A DNA stretch of 63,115 bases, the filler included, from Saprolegnia diclina VS20 (Eukaryota): the NCBI RefSeq assembly GCF_000281045.1. It is 7 parts of 4 records of this genome, joined end to end, with 100 filler letters (N's around TTAATTAATTAA, not from the genome) between each part and the next. Parts side by side here need not be neighbours in the genome. Positions count along the whole stretch, not along the records: positions 18,363 to 30,647 come from NW_008246184.1; positions 30,748 to 49,994 come from NW_008246184.1; 5 more parts are not named here. The stretch is one strand, 5' to 3'. The position numbers and the translations under genes were made by a program. Position 1 is the stretch's first letter, and every line of letters begins with the position of its first letter. A model generated the notes under the pieces. That model had not been told where the DNA came from. It made no database searches and saw only the letters and a program-made list of their open reading frames with translations. Shown here piece after piece: positions 25,434 through 36,379 of the stretch.

Positions 25434-26703
25434 TTACGACGAGCTACTAGTTAAGTCGTGCTGAAGCGCGACGATGGCGTCCTCCATGCGTCTGCTCGCA
25501 CGGGCGCTGTTGGTTTCAATCGATTGCAAAAGCAGCTCTGTCAACGTGCCATTTGCCGGCTCGATGGACGCACAGTGCAGGGAGCGCTCGGGCAGGTGCA
25601 TGCGAATGCAGCTCTGCACGAACGTTGCATTCTCGCCCGTGGCTTCGACAAGAGCCCTAGTACAGGGCATGATGAAGGAGCTCAAACGATGTCAAGCGTC
25701 CGTACCAGCCTTTGACGTTTGCAATCAAGTGCGCTGCATTGAACGGGTACAACTCGTCCTCGACAATCGACCGCCACACAAAGAGCGACGAGCTACTTCC
25801 AGGGTCGATGTACCGACGAAGCGCCATCCGGGCCTCCAGCTTCGGCATCAATGGGTCCGGTAACGTCACGAGCTCGCTAGCCACATCATAATAGGTTGTC
25901 ATGGTGGAAGAGTGTGTCGTACCTCAGGTAGACAAGGTTGGGATGATGCGTCTCGAGCACCTACAAGGTACCATCTTGCCGTACATCGAGAACATACTAG
26001 CAGCGTACCGAGGACGTGTCGTGGATGCCTGTGCGCATGTGATCCCATAGCGTATCTTCCATGTCGCGAAGCGGAAGTTGCACGTGCTTGGACATGAGAA
26101 AGACGACCGAGATCGATCCTTGCGTCTCGATAAACACCTTGCGCATCTCAGAGCAGCTCGACCGGACTTCGTGCAAGCCATATCGAATCCACTCGTGCTC
26201 GCGCTTGGCACACTGCGCGTCCAAGAGTTTCTCCAAGTGCACAGTGCGATGCTTGGACGACAGAATCGCTAGCTGCCAAACAGCGTCGTTAGAGAGAAAG
26301 GCCATGCTTTTTGGCTGAGCCAAAACGCGCTCGAGAGCTTCGATGACCTGGAGCTGCTCCGTCACCATGTCACGAAGCCGGAGATTTTCCTGCATTGATC
26401 GATGGGCTACCGTAGCTTGCTCGATGGCGCGGGCTTGCCACGGGCGGGCAGCGGCGGGTACGCTGGCGAGCCGTTTTTGGATTTCACCAAGCGTGTGCGA
26501 TAGCTTGGCGTGCTTGGCGTGGAGGTACTCGAGCTCTTGCTTGGGTCGCTGGAACATGCGTTTGCCGCGGGTGTTGCGCGGCGGCGAGCTTGGCGACGGT
26601 GGCGGCGACGACGAGGTCGTGTCGCCAAGTCGGTAGTGGTCGCGAGAAACGCCGAGATGGTCGCGACCGAAATGTCATCGTCGGTGTTGCTCTCGAGCGC
26701 CAT
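25434..26703 (-). pseudogene. M96-like family gene copy 13 with a 1-bp frameshift near 26627 (pseudogene or sequencing error)
   Basis: N-terminus ISVATISAFLATTTD is out of frame with FQRPKQELEYL; GAC-TT-GGC-GAC replaces the family GAC-TTT-GGC-GAC; the rest is intact. Confidence 0.65.
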
Positions 26704-27252
26704 AGCATGTGCTTCGGGGCGCGACATCCTGGCAGCAACTTTGCTGTTGGACTGACCCACATTCTGTCGTATTTTCTGATTTGCGTCTAAAATGGGTGTT
26801 TTGCGCGCGTAGGAAGTCGAAACGACCTTTTCACGAAGGGACGTATCTTGCGAACCGTCGTAGAGCTAGCATTTTAGATCTCGACTCCTACTAAGCAACC
26901 CGCCTCACCTCACCCGAGGTCCTGGCAGTAATGAAGGCATTACGCCCATTGCCACCTGAGCAAGCTCGCCATTGTGAAATTAGTGCTTTTGAGATGACTT
27001 TTGAGTTTGAGTGGCAGGCCACCGCGTCTTTCGTGTCGTCGTCATACCAAGAAGCCGTGACAGTAACATCGTCCATGATCTCGAGGACTTGTGTGTTTGC
27101 GTGCCCTGTAGCTAAAGTTTGTTGTTGGCGCGTAGTACAGCTCGCATCGCTCTACAATACAGTGTAATCCTGCTGGTCGCGGCGTGGCATCTCGGAGGTG
27201 TGACGCTACCGACGTGCATGCAAAATACTACATTCCAGTATGTGATGACAAA

Positions 27253-28553
27253 CTAGGCTTCGTGTTCTGCTCGTCGTTGCTGGTGATTCACGATCGCGCG
27301 ATGGAGCATGCAGCCGAACCGATCGCGGTTGGCCTCGGCGGCTTGCACGAGGAGTTCGGTGAGTGTGCCGACTGCGGGCTGGATCGACTGCAGTGCTGGC
27401 GGGAAGATGGGCATGTGCAAGCGCATGCACATTTGCAAGCTGGACTCGCTGCTGTCGTCGTCGTCTGCGTGAAGCACCGACCTAGATCAGATCTTAGTTT
27501 CTACTATTCGACACAAAATTGTACCAGCCCTCGCGCTTGCAAATCAAATGGCCGTCTTTGTGGGGATGGAGCTTGTCTTCAATGATCGAGCGCCACACGG
27601 TCACAACACGGTCCTTCTCGACGTAGCGACGCATCGCAATGTGGGCTTCGAGCACCGGCATGGACGGGTCGGGCAGAATAATGTCTTCGCTACAATACGC
27701 AATATATGTATAAAACCCAGGACAAACATGTACTAACCGAATGTAGACCAGATCGGGATGAAATACTTGAAGCACCTAACACACAGCATATTATCCATCA
27801 TTCAAGCCGATTTTTTGGACGTACGGTGGTCGTGTCACTGACAGGATTCGACTTGTGGGTCCACACCACGTCGCTCAGTGTTTCAACGTCGAGCGGCATG
27901 GTCTTGGCACCAAGAAAGATGATGGCATCGTCGCCAGTATCGCCGCTTCCGCTTTGTACGAACGCCTTGCGCATGCGAAGGCGGCGGTCGCGCGCATCGT
28001 GGAGGCCGTACCGGATCCACTCGCTGTTGAGTTTGTCGTACTGGTGCTGCAAGAGCGCTTCCAGATCGTCCTCGCGGTTCGTGTCGCCCAAAATCGCTTG
28101 CTTCCATGCGACATCGGACGGCGGAAACGTGCCAAACTTGGGCCGCTTTGTCAGTACCTTTTCGAGCGCCTGGATGACTTGGATCTGGTCCGTGACCATC
28201 TCCTTGAGCCGCGCGTTCTCTTGCAGCGAGCGCTGCACCGACTGTGCTTGCTCAATGGCCCGGATCTTCCACGGCTGCGCGTCTTCGGAAGTCGCGAGCT
28301 GCGGTTGGAGCGACTGTAACTTTTGGACGAGCGTCTCGTGCTTGATGCGGAGGTACTCGAGCTCTTGCTTCGGGCGCTGGTACGGGCGCTTGCGCGTCGG
28401 CGACGACGACGCATCGGACGACGACGTGTGGTCGCCAAAGTCGACGGTGGGCGCTAGAAAGGCCGAGACCGCCTCGAGCGAGATGTCGCCGCCACAGCTC
28501 GCGCTGTCTTCGTAGAGGCCAAAGATCTCGTCATGGCCCGTCATCGTCGCCAT
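27253..28553 (-). CDS. M96-like family gene copy 14 (3 introns)
   Basis: VSAFLAPTVDFGD, RKRPYQRPKQELEYLRIKH, QHQYDKLNSEWIRYGL, VWRSIIEDKLHP..REGW. Confidence 0.87.
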
Positions 28554-29040
28554 TGTTCGAGACTCGACGAAGCGATTCGGCGACTGCGGTATAAAGTGCG
28601 ACATTGCAGTTGACCAACACTCTTCATTCCTCCGGATACAGTATGGCGCCACCGGCGGCAAGGAGGCAAGGAAGGTGTTGGCGCCAACCCGTTGCAAAAT
28701 TCAAGAATTTGGGATCGAGAAGAGCACGACTACGAGAGATAGTTCAAGACAGGTAATAGCGTCCATGGCACGTCAATTAGTGTAGGGCGACGTCCAGCAG
28801 CTTGGTGTATTGCGCTGTAGGTTGTCGTCACCAGATCGGTCGGCTACCGGTACACGCATGACGCAATCAGCAGCGTTCGCATCATCGATGCCCAATCCGT
28901 CGCATCGCGTTATCAATCGCCGTCTCAAAGTCGATTTTTCGGATACGTTGACCACGGGACTAAGAAGCAAGGGACTCTACTGATTCCTTTCGAATTACGG
29001 ATCCAAAAAATAACTTTGCAAATGGAGTTTACAGTGTCGT

Positions 29041-30337
29041 TTATGTGCGTTGGGCCAAGAGCTGTTGGCGCCGCGCCTCGGTGGCGTCGTCCAAATCTTT
29101 GCCGAGCTGCACCTTGGTGTTTTGTGATGACGCGATCAACAGCTCGGTCCACGTTCCGGTCGTCGGCTGCTTGGACGGAATCGACGACGGAAACATCGGC
29201 GTCGCCATGGTGGCGTAGACCTGAAACGAGCACTCGGTCGGCCCCTTGTCTTCGAGTACGACCCTATGACGAGGCGCCACATGACCAAGAGACAGGAAAA
29301 GTAGATGGCCTACCAGCCAATCTGGTTGCCAACAAGATGACCTGGCTCGTGGGGCATGAGCTGGTCTTCCAAGATCGATCGCCACACAATCACGACGCGA
29401 TGGGCTTCATCGTAGCGCCGCAGCGCGTAGCGCGACTCCATCATCGGCATGCTCGGGTCCAAGAGCGCCATGTCCTCCCTAATGCCATCAGAGACTGCCA
29501 CGTCATGTGACGGTTTCAGATCCATACCTCGAGTAGATCAAGCGCGGATGAAAGGCTTGTAAAATCTAGTTATAGCACCCGATTTTGAGCACCGAGGCGA
29601 CCAGATGCGCACTGTATTACCTGCTGCGAGGCCCCGCGCTTGCCGGTCTTGAAGTCCCAAAAGACGTCGGACATGCCTTTAAAGTCCAGCGCCCGCGTCA
29701 TGCGCCCCGCGTAGTTGAGCGTCACGTAGCGTTCGTCGATCGTTTGAACAAACATCTTGTGCAACGGGCCGCCGTTCTTGTTGTCGTACATGCCAAGGCG
29801 AATCCACTCCGAATCGAGGCGCTCGTACTGGTGCTTGAGAAGCTGTTCCAAGCTGGCTTCGCGGTCCGTCACCGCCAAGATGCACTGCCGCCAGAGGTTG
29901 CTGGCAGTCTGGAACGACGACACTTTTGGACGCTTGCGGAGAACCTTCTCAAGCGCCTCGATGACCTTGAGCTGGTCGGCGACTTGGCTTTTCAAGCGCG
30001 CATTCTCTTGCAAACAGCGCTGCGTCAAGTGCGCTTGGTCCTGTGCCCGTGACCGCCACGGACTCGCGTCGCTCGAGATCAAGCTCGCGCTCTCGTCTTG
30101 GAGCACTTGGAGCTGCGCAGCCAGCTCGTCGTGCTTGGTGCGAAGGTAGAGTAGCTCGGCCTTGGGGCGGTCGACATGGCGACGCTTCCGGGATGGCGCG
30201 GGCGGTTCGTCCGACCCGGACGAGAGTGGAGACGAAGCGACGACGCCAAAGTCGGTCGTGTCGGCGAGAAACGCCGAGAGGTGCGGGACGCTGCTGTCGA
30301 GGACGACGTCGAGAATGTCGAGCTCGATCGCTTCCAT
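29041..30337 (-). CDS. M96-like family gene copy 15 (3 introns)
   Basis: LSAFLADTTDFG, RKRRHVDRPKAELLYLRTKH, HQYERLDSEWIRLG, VWRSILEDQLMP..GW. Confidence 0.87.
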
Positions 30338-30747
30338 GTTTCCAAGTGCCCAGACCGGCCGTGAAGCCCCAAGACGGTATGACGAGCATGGCCGCGTAGT
30401 GTCATCAAAGGAGGGGTAGGGTTCCGTCCCGTCATCGAGAATGGAGGCTATCGCGACGACACGTGAGGTCTGTGACAGCACCAGCCCTTACGAGGTGTAT
30501 TTGCTGTACCGGTACCGGTATATAGGTACTAGATGAACCAACTTCTAGGAGTCTAGTCTGGAGGCGACCGAGCTTTCTATCTCAGAGGTACGTTTTCTAC
30601 GCCGATTTCGATGGGTCGAGCAGAGACGCGGACGACCTGTCTGCCATNNNNNNNNNNNNNNNNNNNNNNNNNNNNNNNNNNNNNNNNNNNNTTAATTAAT
30701 TAANNNNNNNNNNNNNNNNNNNNNNNNNNNNNNNNNNNNNNNNNNNN

Positions 30748-32514
30748 AGGGGGACCACCAAGCGGTAGAGCAGGCCCGTCGGGAGGGAGTGTCGACACCG
30801 AGGTGGCGTTGGTCGTCAACTCCGGGGTAGGCGGCGGCGTTCCAGCAATGCGGGACGAGGAGGCCGCAGCACCAGCGCGCGCGAGGCGTGTCCGCGTCCC
30901 AAAGCCACGGCGCGGCTGCATGCCACCAGTCACAGCGCGGCGCAAAGGCACCGTGGCGCCATCGGTAGCAGAGCCCGAAGGTTCCACTGGGCTAGTCGGC
31001 GCTGCAGGCGAGGGCAGCGTAGCAGACGGTGACGGCGCTGCCGACGACGACGGCGGAGCAGACGAGGACAGGAGAGCAGACAGAAACCGCGGATGGATGC
31101 CGTAGTGAGGCCGGAAGGGGCAGCCACCGCGTCTCGAAGCGCAGTAGCAGATGTCGCGCGCTAAGCGTTGCAGGGGGAGCTGCTGGCGGGCGATCTGCTC
31201 AAGACGCGACGACACAGCGTGGTCGACCCCGACAAGTACAACCGGTTGCTGCAGCAATGGGGCCACAAGCTGGAACTGGGTATGGGCAGGAGTCTGAGGA
31301 GCCGTTGTCGAGGCGAGGCCACGGAGCAGAGCCAGCCAGTCGTGTGGCACAAGAAACCGGAGCACAGAGCCTGACGCAGCCCGAGGCCAATGCAGCGAGG
31401 CATGCAGAACGTCGAGGTAAATGCGGCAGACCACGTGGCCAACGTCCGCGTACGCAGGGCAGTGTCGATGCGAAAGCCAGATAGCAGACGCGTCGTCATC
31501 ATCATCAGCTTGAGGCACGACTTCCGCAACCACGTTCAGTGGCCCGGAGTTCAATCCAGAAGACCGCACGGGGAGGCGCAGCATGCAGCGGTACACGCGC
31601 GGCGCAGGCAAGGTGGCCACCGCAGCGGCCACCGACGCCCGTAAATATGAGGCCCGGAGCGTCGCATACGAAGTCGTCGTGCCGCCATCACCGCCATTAA
31701 GGCACGCCTCAGGTTCGTCGTCCACGTCGTCCACGGAGCTCGTCGGCACTGGCGGCATGGCAGCAGAGGCTGGCGGCCGCGGCGCTGCAGAGCCCCGAGC
31801 ACGGGCTGGCGTGGCGGAGCTAAAGTGGCCAAGCGCGACACCAGACGGCCCAACCAGCGGCTCGCCAGCGTCATGGCGGGGATCGTGGCCCACCAGCAGC
31901 GACATGCCGTCGGGGCAACAGCTGCGAGACGGTGACGGGCACGAGCAGAACAACCCGTTGCCAGGCTGCAGCCCCATCGACGGGATGCCCATCGCACGGT
32001 TGGCAAGATGGTCGGCCACCGCATTGTGTCCGCGACCAATATGGGACATCGTTGTCTGGACGTTGTAGGTGCGCAGGCGTGTGAGGACCGCGAGGGCAGC
32101 ATTGCGGGCGGCACGAAGGGGTTTCGCGCACCGCGTACTGCCATCAAGCCACTTGAGGACCAGCGCGCTGTCGCCTTGGATGAGCGCACGGTGGGGCTTG
32201 AGGTGGAGGAGACCGCAAAGCCCCAAGTAGACCGAGCGCAGCTCCGCCGTGTTGTTGGTCACAGCAGGCGCACCAGAGCCCGTAGTCGGCTGCGGTAGCC
32301 ACTCATAGCAAGACCACCGGATTCGCCCATCCGGGCCAAAGATGACAGCGCCGGCACCACCACCAGCGGAGGCAGATGAACCGTTCTGGCGGCACCCACC
32401 ATCAAAGCGCAGCGTGTACGTGACCTCCGCCGACCCCCACGTTGTCGTCGTCGACCACCTCGAGGACGTCGTCGCTGTCGTTGGCCGCGTGCGAGCTCTC
32501 GTCGCTGTGCAGCG
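30748..32514 (-). mobile_element. Retroelement-like open frame with N-terminal archaeal-type RNase HI domain (Utopia/L1-like non-LTR), truncated by gap
   Basis: Frame extended upstream of the listed ORF reads YTLRFDGGCRQN..GAGAVI..TNNTAEL..IQGDSALV..SHIGRGHNAVADHLANRAM; all four D-E-D-D residues present; Cys/His clusters downstream; no in-frame ATG. Confidence 0.7.
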
Positions 32515-32929
32515 TCAGGACGTCGTCGCCCGTCAAGAGCGCCAGGAGCGCAGCATCATCCGCGCTCGTCATCGGATGCAGGTCGAATGATGATGATGCG
32601 ACGTTTTAAAGTGGCGCGTCCTACCGTTTCTCACGAATGACCCGCCAGACAAAACCACTCTTAACGGTCGTCGTGCTGCTCCAACCACATTCTTGGGAGG
32701 ACATGAGACCACCTGTGGATTCATACCCTCGTAGTACATCCATGAACGAGACCTCGGCTACGCCTCGGGCCCTGCGGGCAAAGTTGCATGCGACTCGCTA
32801 CGCTCGTCGGCAGCGCTGGAGGTTGCGCCGTGAGAAAATATTGTGCGACTGGGGATTGTTTGGTGAAATGACGCGGGATTATGTTGTTTTAGAATGAAGG
32901 TGGTTTGTTGAGAGGTCAGGTGCAGTAGT

Positions 32930-33116
32930 TAGGCTTCACAAGGGAGGAGTGCTAGGCCCTCGGAAACCAGTCCAATAGTCAGTGGCAAGCCAACTGGACT
33001 ATCGGAGTTTGTAAAAATGAATGTGAAAAAAAACCACACCGAAGTGTGGAAATCAGTTTTCACACTGATTAGAACAGATACTACACTTGATCTTAGCCAA
33101 AAGGCCGAGAAGGTAT
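32930..33116 (-). ncRNA. U2: U2 spliceosomal snRNA (full length, ~187 nt)
   Basis: Minus strand reads ATACCTTCTCGGCCTTTTGGCTAAGATCAAGTGTAGTATCTGTTCT, including branch-point recognition GTAGTA; stem IIa ATCAG/CTGAT; IIb CCACAC-TTCG-GTGTGG; Sm-like ATTTTT; stem III CCGATAGTC/GACTATTGG; stem IV loop with GCAC. Confidence 0.95.
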
Positions 33117-33651
33117 GCTACGACTAAATCCTAATCTCACGATCCTACGGTGAAAAACACTTCGTGTTTTTCACCGCGGGGATCGTGTAGAGCGCATGCC
33201 GTAGAGGGGCAGCGTGTTGGCAACTTAAGTACGAATCTTGTCGTTCTCAAGTGTCTTTTTAAGTGCGGCCCAATTTAGTACGAAAAAGTACCGTTCAAGT
33301 ACGGCAAAAACTGCACTTTTACTGAACCTCTGATTATACGAATTCATCTCCGCGCTTGTTTTCTTCGCCCCATTATACAAAATACTAGATACATATTTTG
33401 GAGATTTTTGACAGATGGCACGTGGGTTGCATGTTCAGCAGTGTGAAAACAGGCGTGAGTGTGAAAACAGGATTCTCACATGAGTCCTGGTATTGGGTTT
33501 TCACACATGCCACAATAAGGATTTTTGCTGGGGCAATTTCTCGCTGGAGCTGCGTCGTTGTCGTTTTGACCAATGGAATTCGCACATGGGCCCTTGTATC
33601 CGGAAGCTTCCGGCCAGCCAGCCAGGCTGCCACTTCGATGTTGCGCTCGCG

Positions 33652-33668
33652 TCTTAGCCAAAAGGCCG
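33652..33668 (-). repeat. U2 5' stem-I fragment (U2 nt 10-26)
   Basis: Exact 17-nt match CGGCCTTTTGGCTAAGA to the adjacent U2 gene, same strand. Confidence 0.7.
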
Positions 33669-35077
33669 TTGGGGCAGTATTAGTACATTGTTCTAGTCGA
33701 CAACAGAGTTTGGCACATGTTATATATAGTCGTTGAGGCTGCCATCGTTGCCCTGCTTCAAAACTGCAAACAGATCACAGCAATTTGTCTTGTCAACTTG
33801 TGTACACAAGCAAGCAAATGTATGTGGCTCGACTATACTACCTGTGTATTTGACAAATTTTAATTCGTATAAATTCATACTAGTAGGTCCGTTTAATTGG
33901 CATGGTTGCAACTCGCATTGCAACTCAGCTTACCCGGTACTGGGACAAGGAAATGGTCTCACCAAACGTGCGCTTTAAATCATTAAATCACTGCGATTCG
34001 TGACGCTCTTTAGAGTGCACTCTTAGTCAAAGGACATAACGTTGGTGTCATAAACGTTCGGCCTACGATTGCCAGCAAGCGTTGAGGCGTTCGACTGATG
34101 GTGTTTCGAATTCACCGCGTCCTCACACACCAAGACATGCAGAGTCTTGGGCGCAGCTCAGGGCGCTGGTTTCCGACCGCAATTCGCCCCGGTGACTTCG
34201 TGAAAAGTTGATGACATGCCCTGAACACCAACAATTCAGATGCAGCCCTAGGCACAATTCGGTACATTGGGCGAAAGGCCGTGTAGACCCGAGAATGGTC
34301 TCTCTGATTGCGGCGAGAGACGCTGCATTTAGCGAAGGGCTGCCGGTGCACAGTATCAGGGCCCAACCGTAGGCACAATACGGGTAGTAGTTAATGATAG
34401 CTGACTAGTACAATGCAAAAGCTCAACAATCGTTAACGTTGGTGTAGCGAATGTGTCCACCACAAAGTTCGTTCCAGGCATCGTTGCGAGGTGGCGACAG
34501 CAAGGCGCTTCTACACATCTCGTGTTGTGCTGGCCGTTAGTTGCTTCTCGAGCAACGACACGCAAGACAGATATGATAATCACCCTGCACCAAAGGTGCA
34601 ATATAAACAAAGCAACCAAAGCTGTCAACATACGCCAAATTCATGGATCGACCGCGTGTGGCCTTGAACATCCCCCCACTGATCTCGCCTCGCCATACCT
34701 CAATGGAGCTCGAGTTGGGAGGCCAATCGATGAAGTCCATGGATACGCGCTGTCGCGGTCGTGATCTAGACCCATGTTGCTCAGCCCACCGCTGGGCACG
34801 TAGCGATGTACTGCAGCATATGGATCGCTCGCTTCAACTGGTACGAGCTTAGTAGCCTCTCGGGACGCCTGTCCCTTGTCGATCATACTGCAACGATCGC
34901 GGACCACGATCCCTGATCCCAGCGCCCAAGTGTTGCCACGAGACCCCATTTGATTGGATGAAAATGATGCATATATTCTAAATCCACCAATCATTTCCTT
35001 AATCTATTTTCGTCCAATGAAATCCCGTGGCGTCAGATCTTATCACAACAATCCTGCAATTTGCACTTGCTTGCGCG

Positions 35078-36379
35078 ATGCTGCGGACCTTCTACGGCGA
35101 CACCGTCCTCTCGGCCGACTGGACCGGTGAATACGAAGAAAAGTCGGCGCAATGGTTCGAGCTCTTCCTCGACCTCATCATGGTCGCTGCCTGCTCCAAT
35201 GTGGCCGAGGGCCTCAAGGACGACCTGAGTCTCCGTGGCGCGGCAGCGTTTGTGCTGCTCTGCCTCATGTACGCCTCGTCGTGGCATCTCTACACGCACT
35301 TTAACGCGCGCTTCTCCGAGTCGTCGCTCTTGCACTACGGTTTTCTGTATGTACTGCTCATCGGGCTCAGTGGTATGGTGCTCTCGAGCGAGCCGGGTCG
35401 CGGGTTCACGATCGGTCTCCTCTGCATCCGCGCCGCGCTCTTCTGCATGAACTTGTCGGTGTTTTGGTCGCTCCCACACGTGCGCGGAAAGGCGGGCGCC
35501 GACATGAGCATGGGCCTGGTCGCCATGACGCTCTTTGGCATCGCGCTGTGGATTGACCGCCCAAGTGTGACGATCGGCGTCTACCTCGCGTCGCTCTTCC
35601 TCGAGACGTTTCTCGGTGTGGCGCTCGTGCGCTTCGCCAAGCGACCTGGGACGTACGTGGCCATGAACATTGATCACGTCAACGAACGCGAAGGCTGCCT
35701 TGTCATGGTGGCGCTCGGCGAGTCGGTCGTGAGCACGGTCATCAACAGCCGCGGCACGGACCTTCCACTAGCGTACTACATCGCCATGTCGCTTTCGCTC
35801 CTCATCATCTTTGCACTCGCGATCTTTTACTTTGCGACCAAGCCGCCACGCGCGATGCATGCGATGCGGCGGTCGATTGGGGCCGGGTTTACCTACTCGA
35901 TACTGCACTACTTGCTGCTACCGACGTTGCTGGCGATCGGCGTGGGCACCAAGCTCGTCTCGGACGCCGTGCGCCATGACCAAGAGCTCTCACCAACGTC
36001 ACTCTGGGTCTTGTACGGGTCGATCTCGCTGGCGCTGTTGATCATGCTTCTCGTACGGCTCTTGCACTATGGCGGGCGCCAGCCGGCACCGACGGACCCG
36101 CTGCTCGTCCAGCGCATCAAGTACGTGTGGTGGGGCGTCTGCGCGCTCTCGCCCATCTGTCCGCCGATTGTGGCCGGCATTTTGGAGGCTGTCGCCAGTG
36201 ACGGCGGCGTCGACCCGATCATGGCACTAGCCTGCGCCGCCGCCATCATCCTCTCATGGCTCGTGAGTGAGACCGCCGTCATGCACAGCCTCCGCGCACT
36301 TGGGTACGGCTATTCGGAAGCCCTGCATGCGACGGCTAACCTCGAGTCCCGCGCGCCGCTACTGGTCGTCAAGCACTAA
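35078..36379 (+). CDS. ltrA: Low temperature requirement protein A (LtrA)-family membrane protein
   Basis: WFELFLDLIMVAA and EREGCLVMVALGESV motifs; multiple hydrophobic helices; no intron. Confidence 0.8.
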   Translation: MLRTFYGDTVLSADWTGEYEEKSAQWFELFLDLIMVAACSNVAEGLKDDLSLRGAAAFVLLCLMYASSWHLYTHFNARFSESSLLHYGFLYVLLIGLSGMVLSSEPGRGFTIGLLCIRAALFCMNLSVFWSLPHVRGKAGADMSMGLVAMTLFGIALWIDRPSVTIGVYLASLFLETFLGVALVRFAKRPGTYVAMNIDHVNEREGCLVMVALGESVVSTVINSRGTDLPLAYYIAMSLSLLIIFALAIFYFATKPPRAMHAMRRSIGAGFTYSILHYLLLPTLLAIGVGTKLVSDAVRHDQELSPTSLWVLYGSISLALLIMLLVRLLHYGGRQPAPTDPLLVQRIKYVWWGVCALSPICPPIVAGILEAVASDGGVDPIMALACAAAIILSWLVSETAVMHSLRALGYGYSEALHATANLESRAPLLVVKH

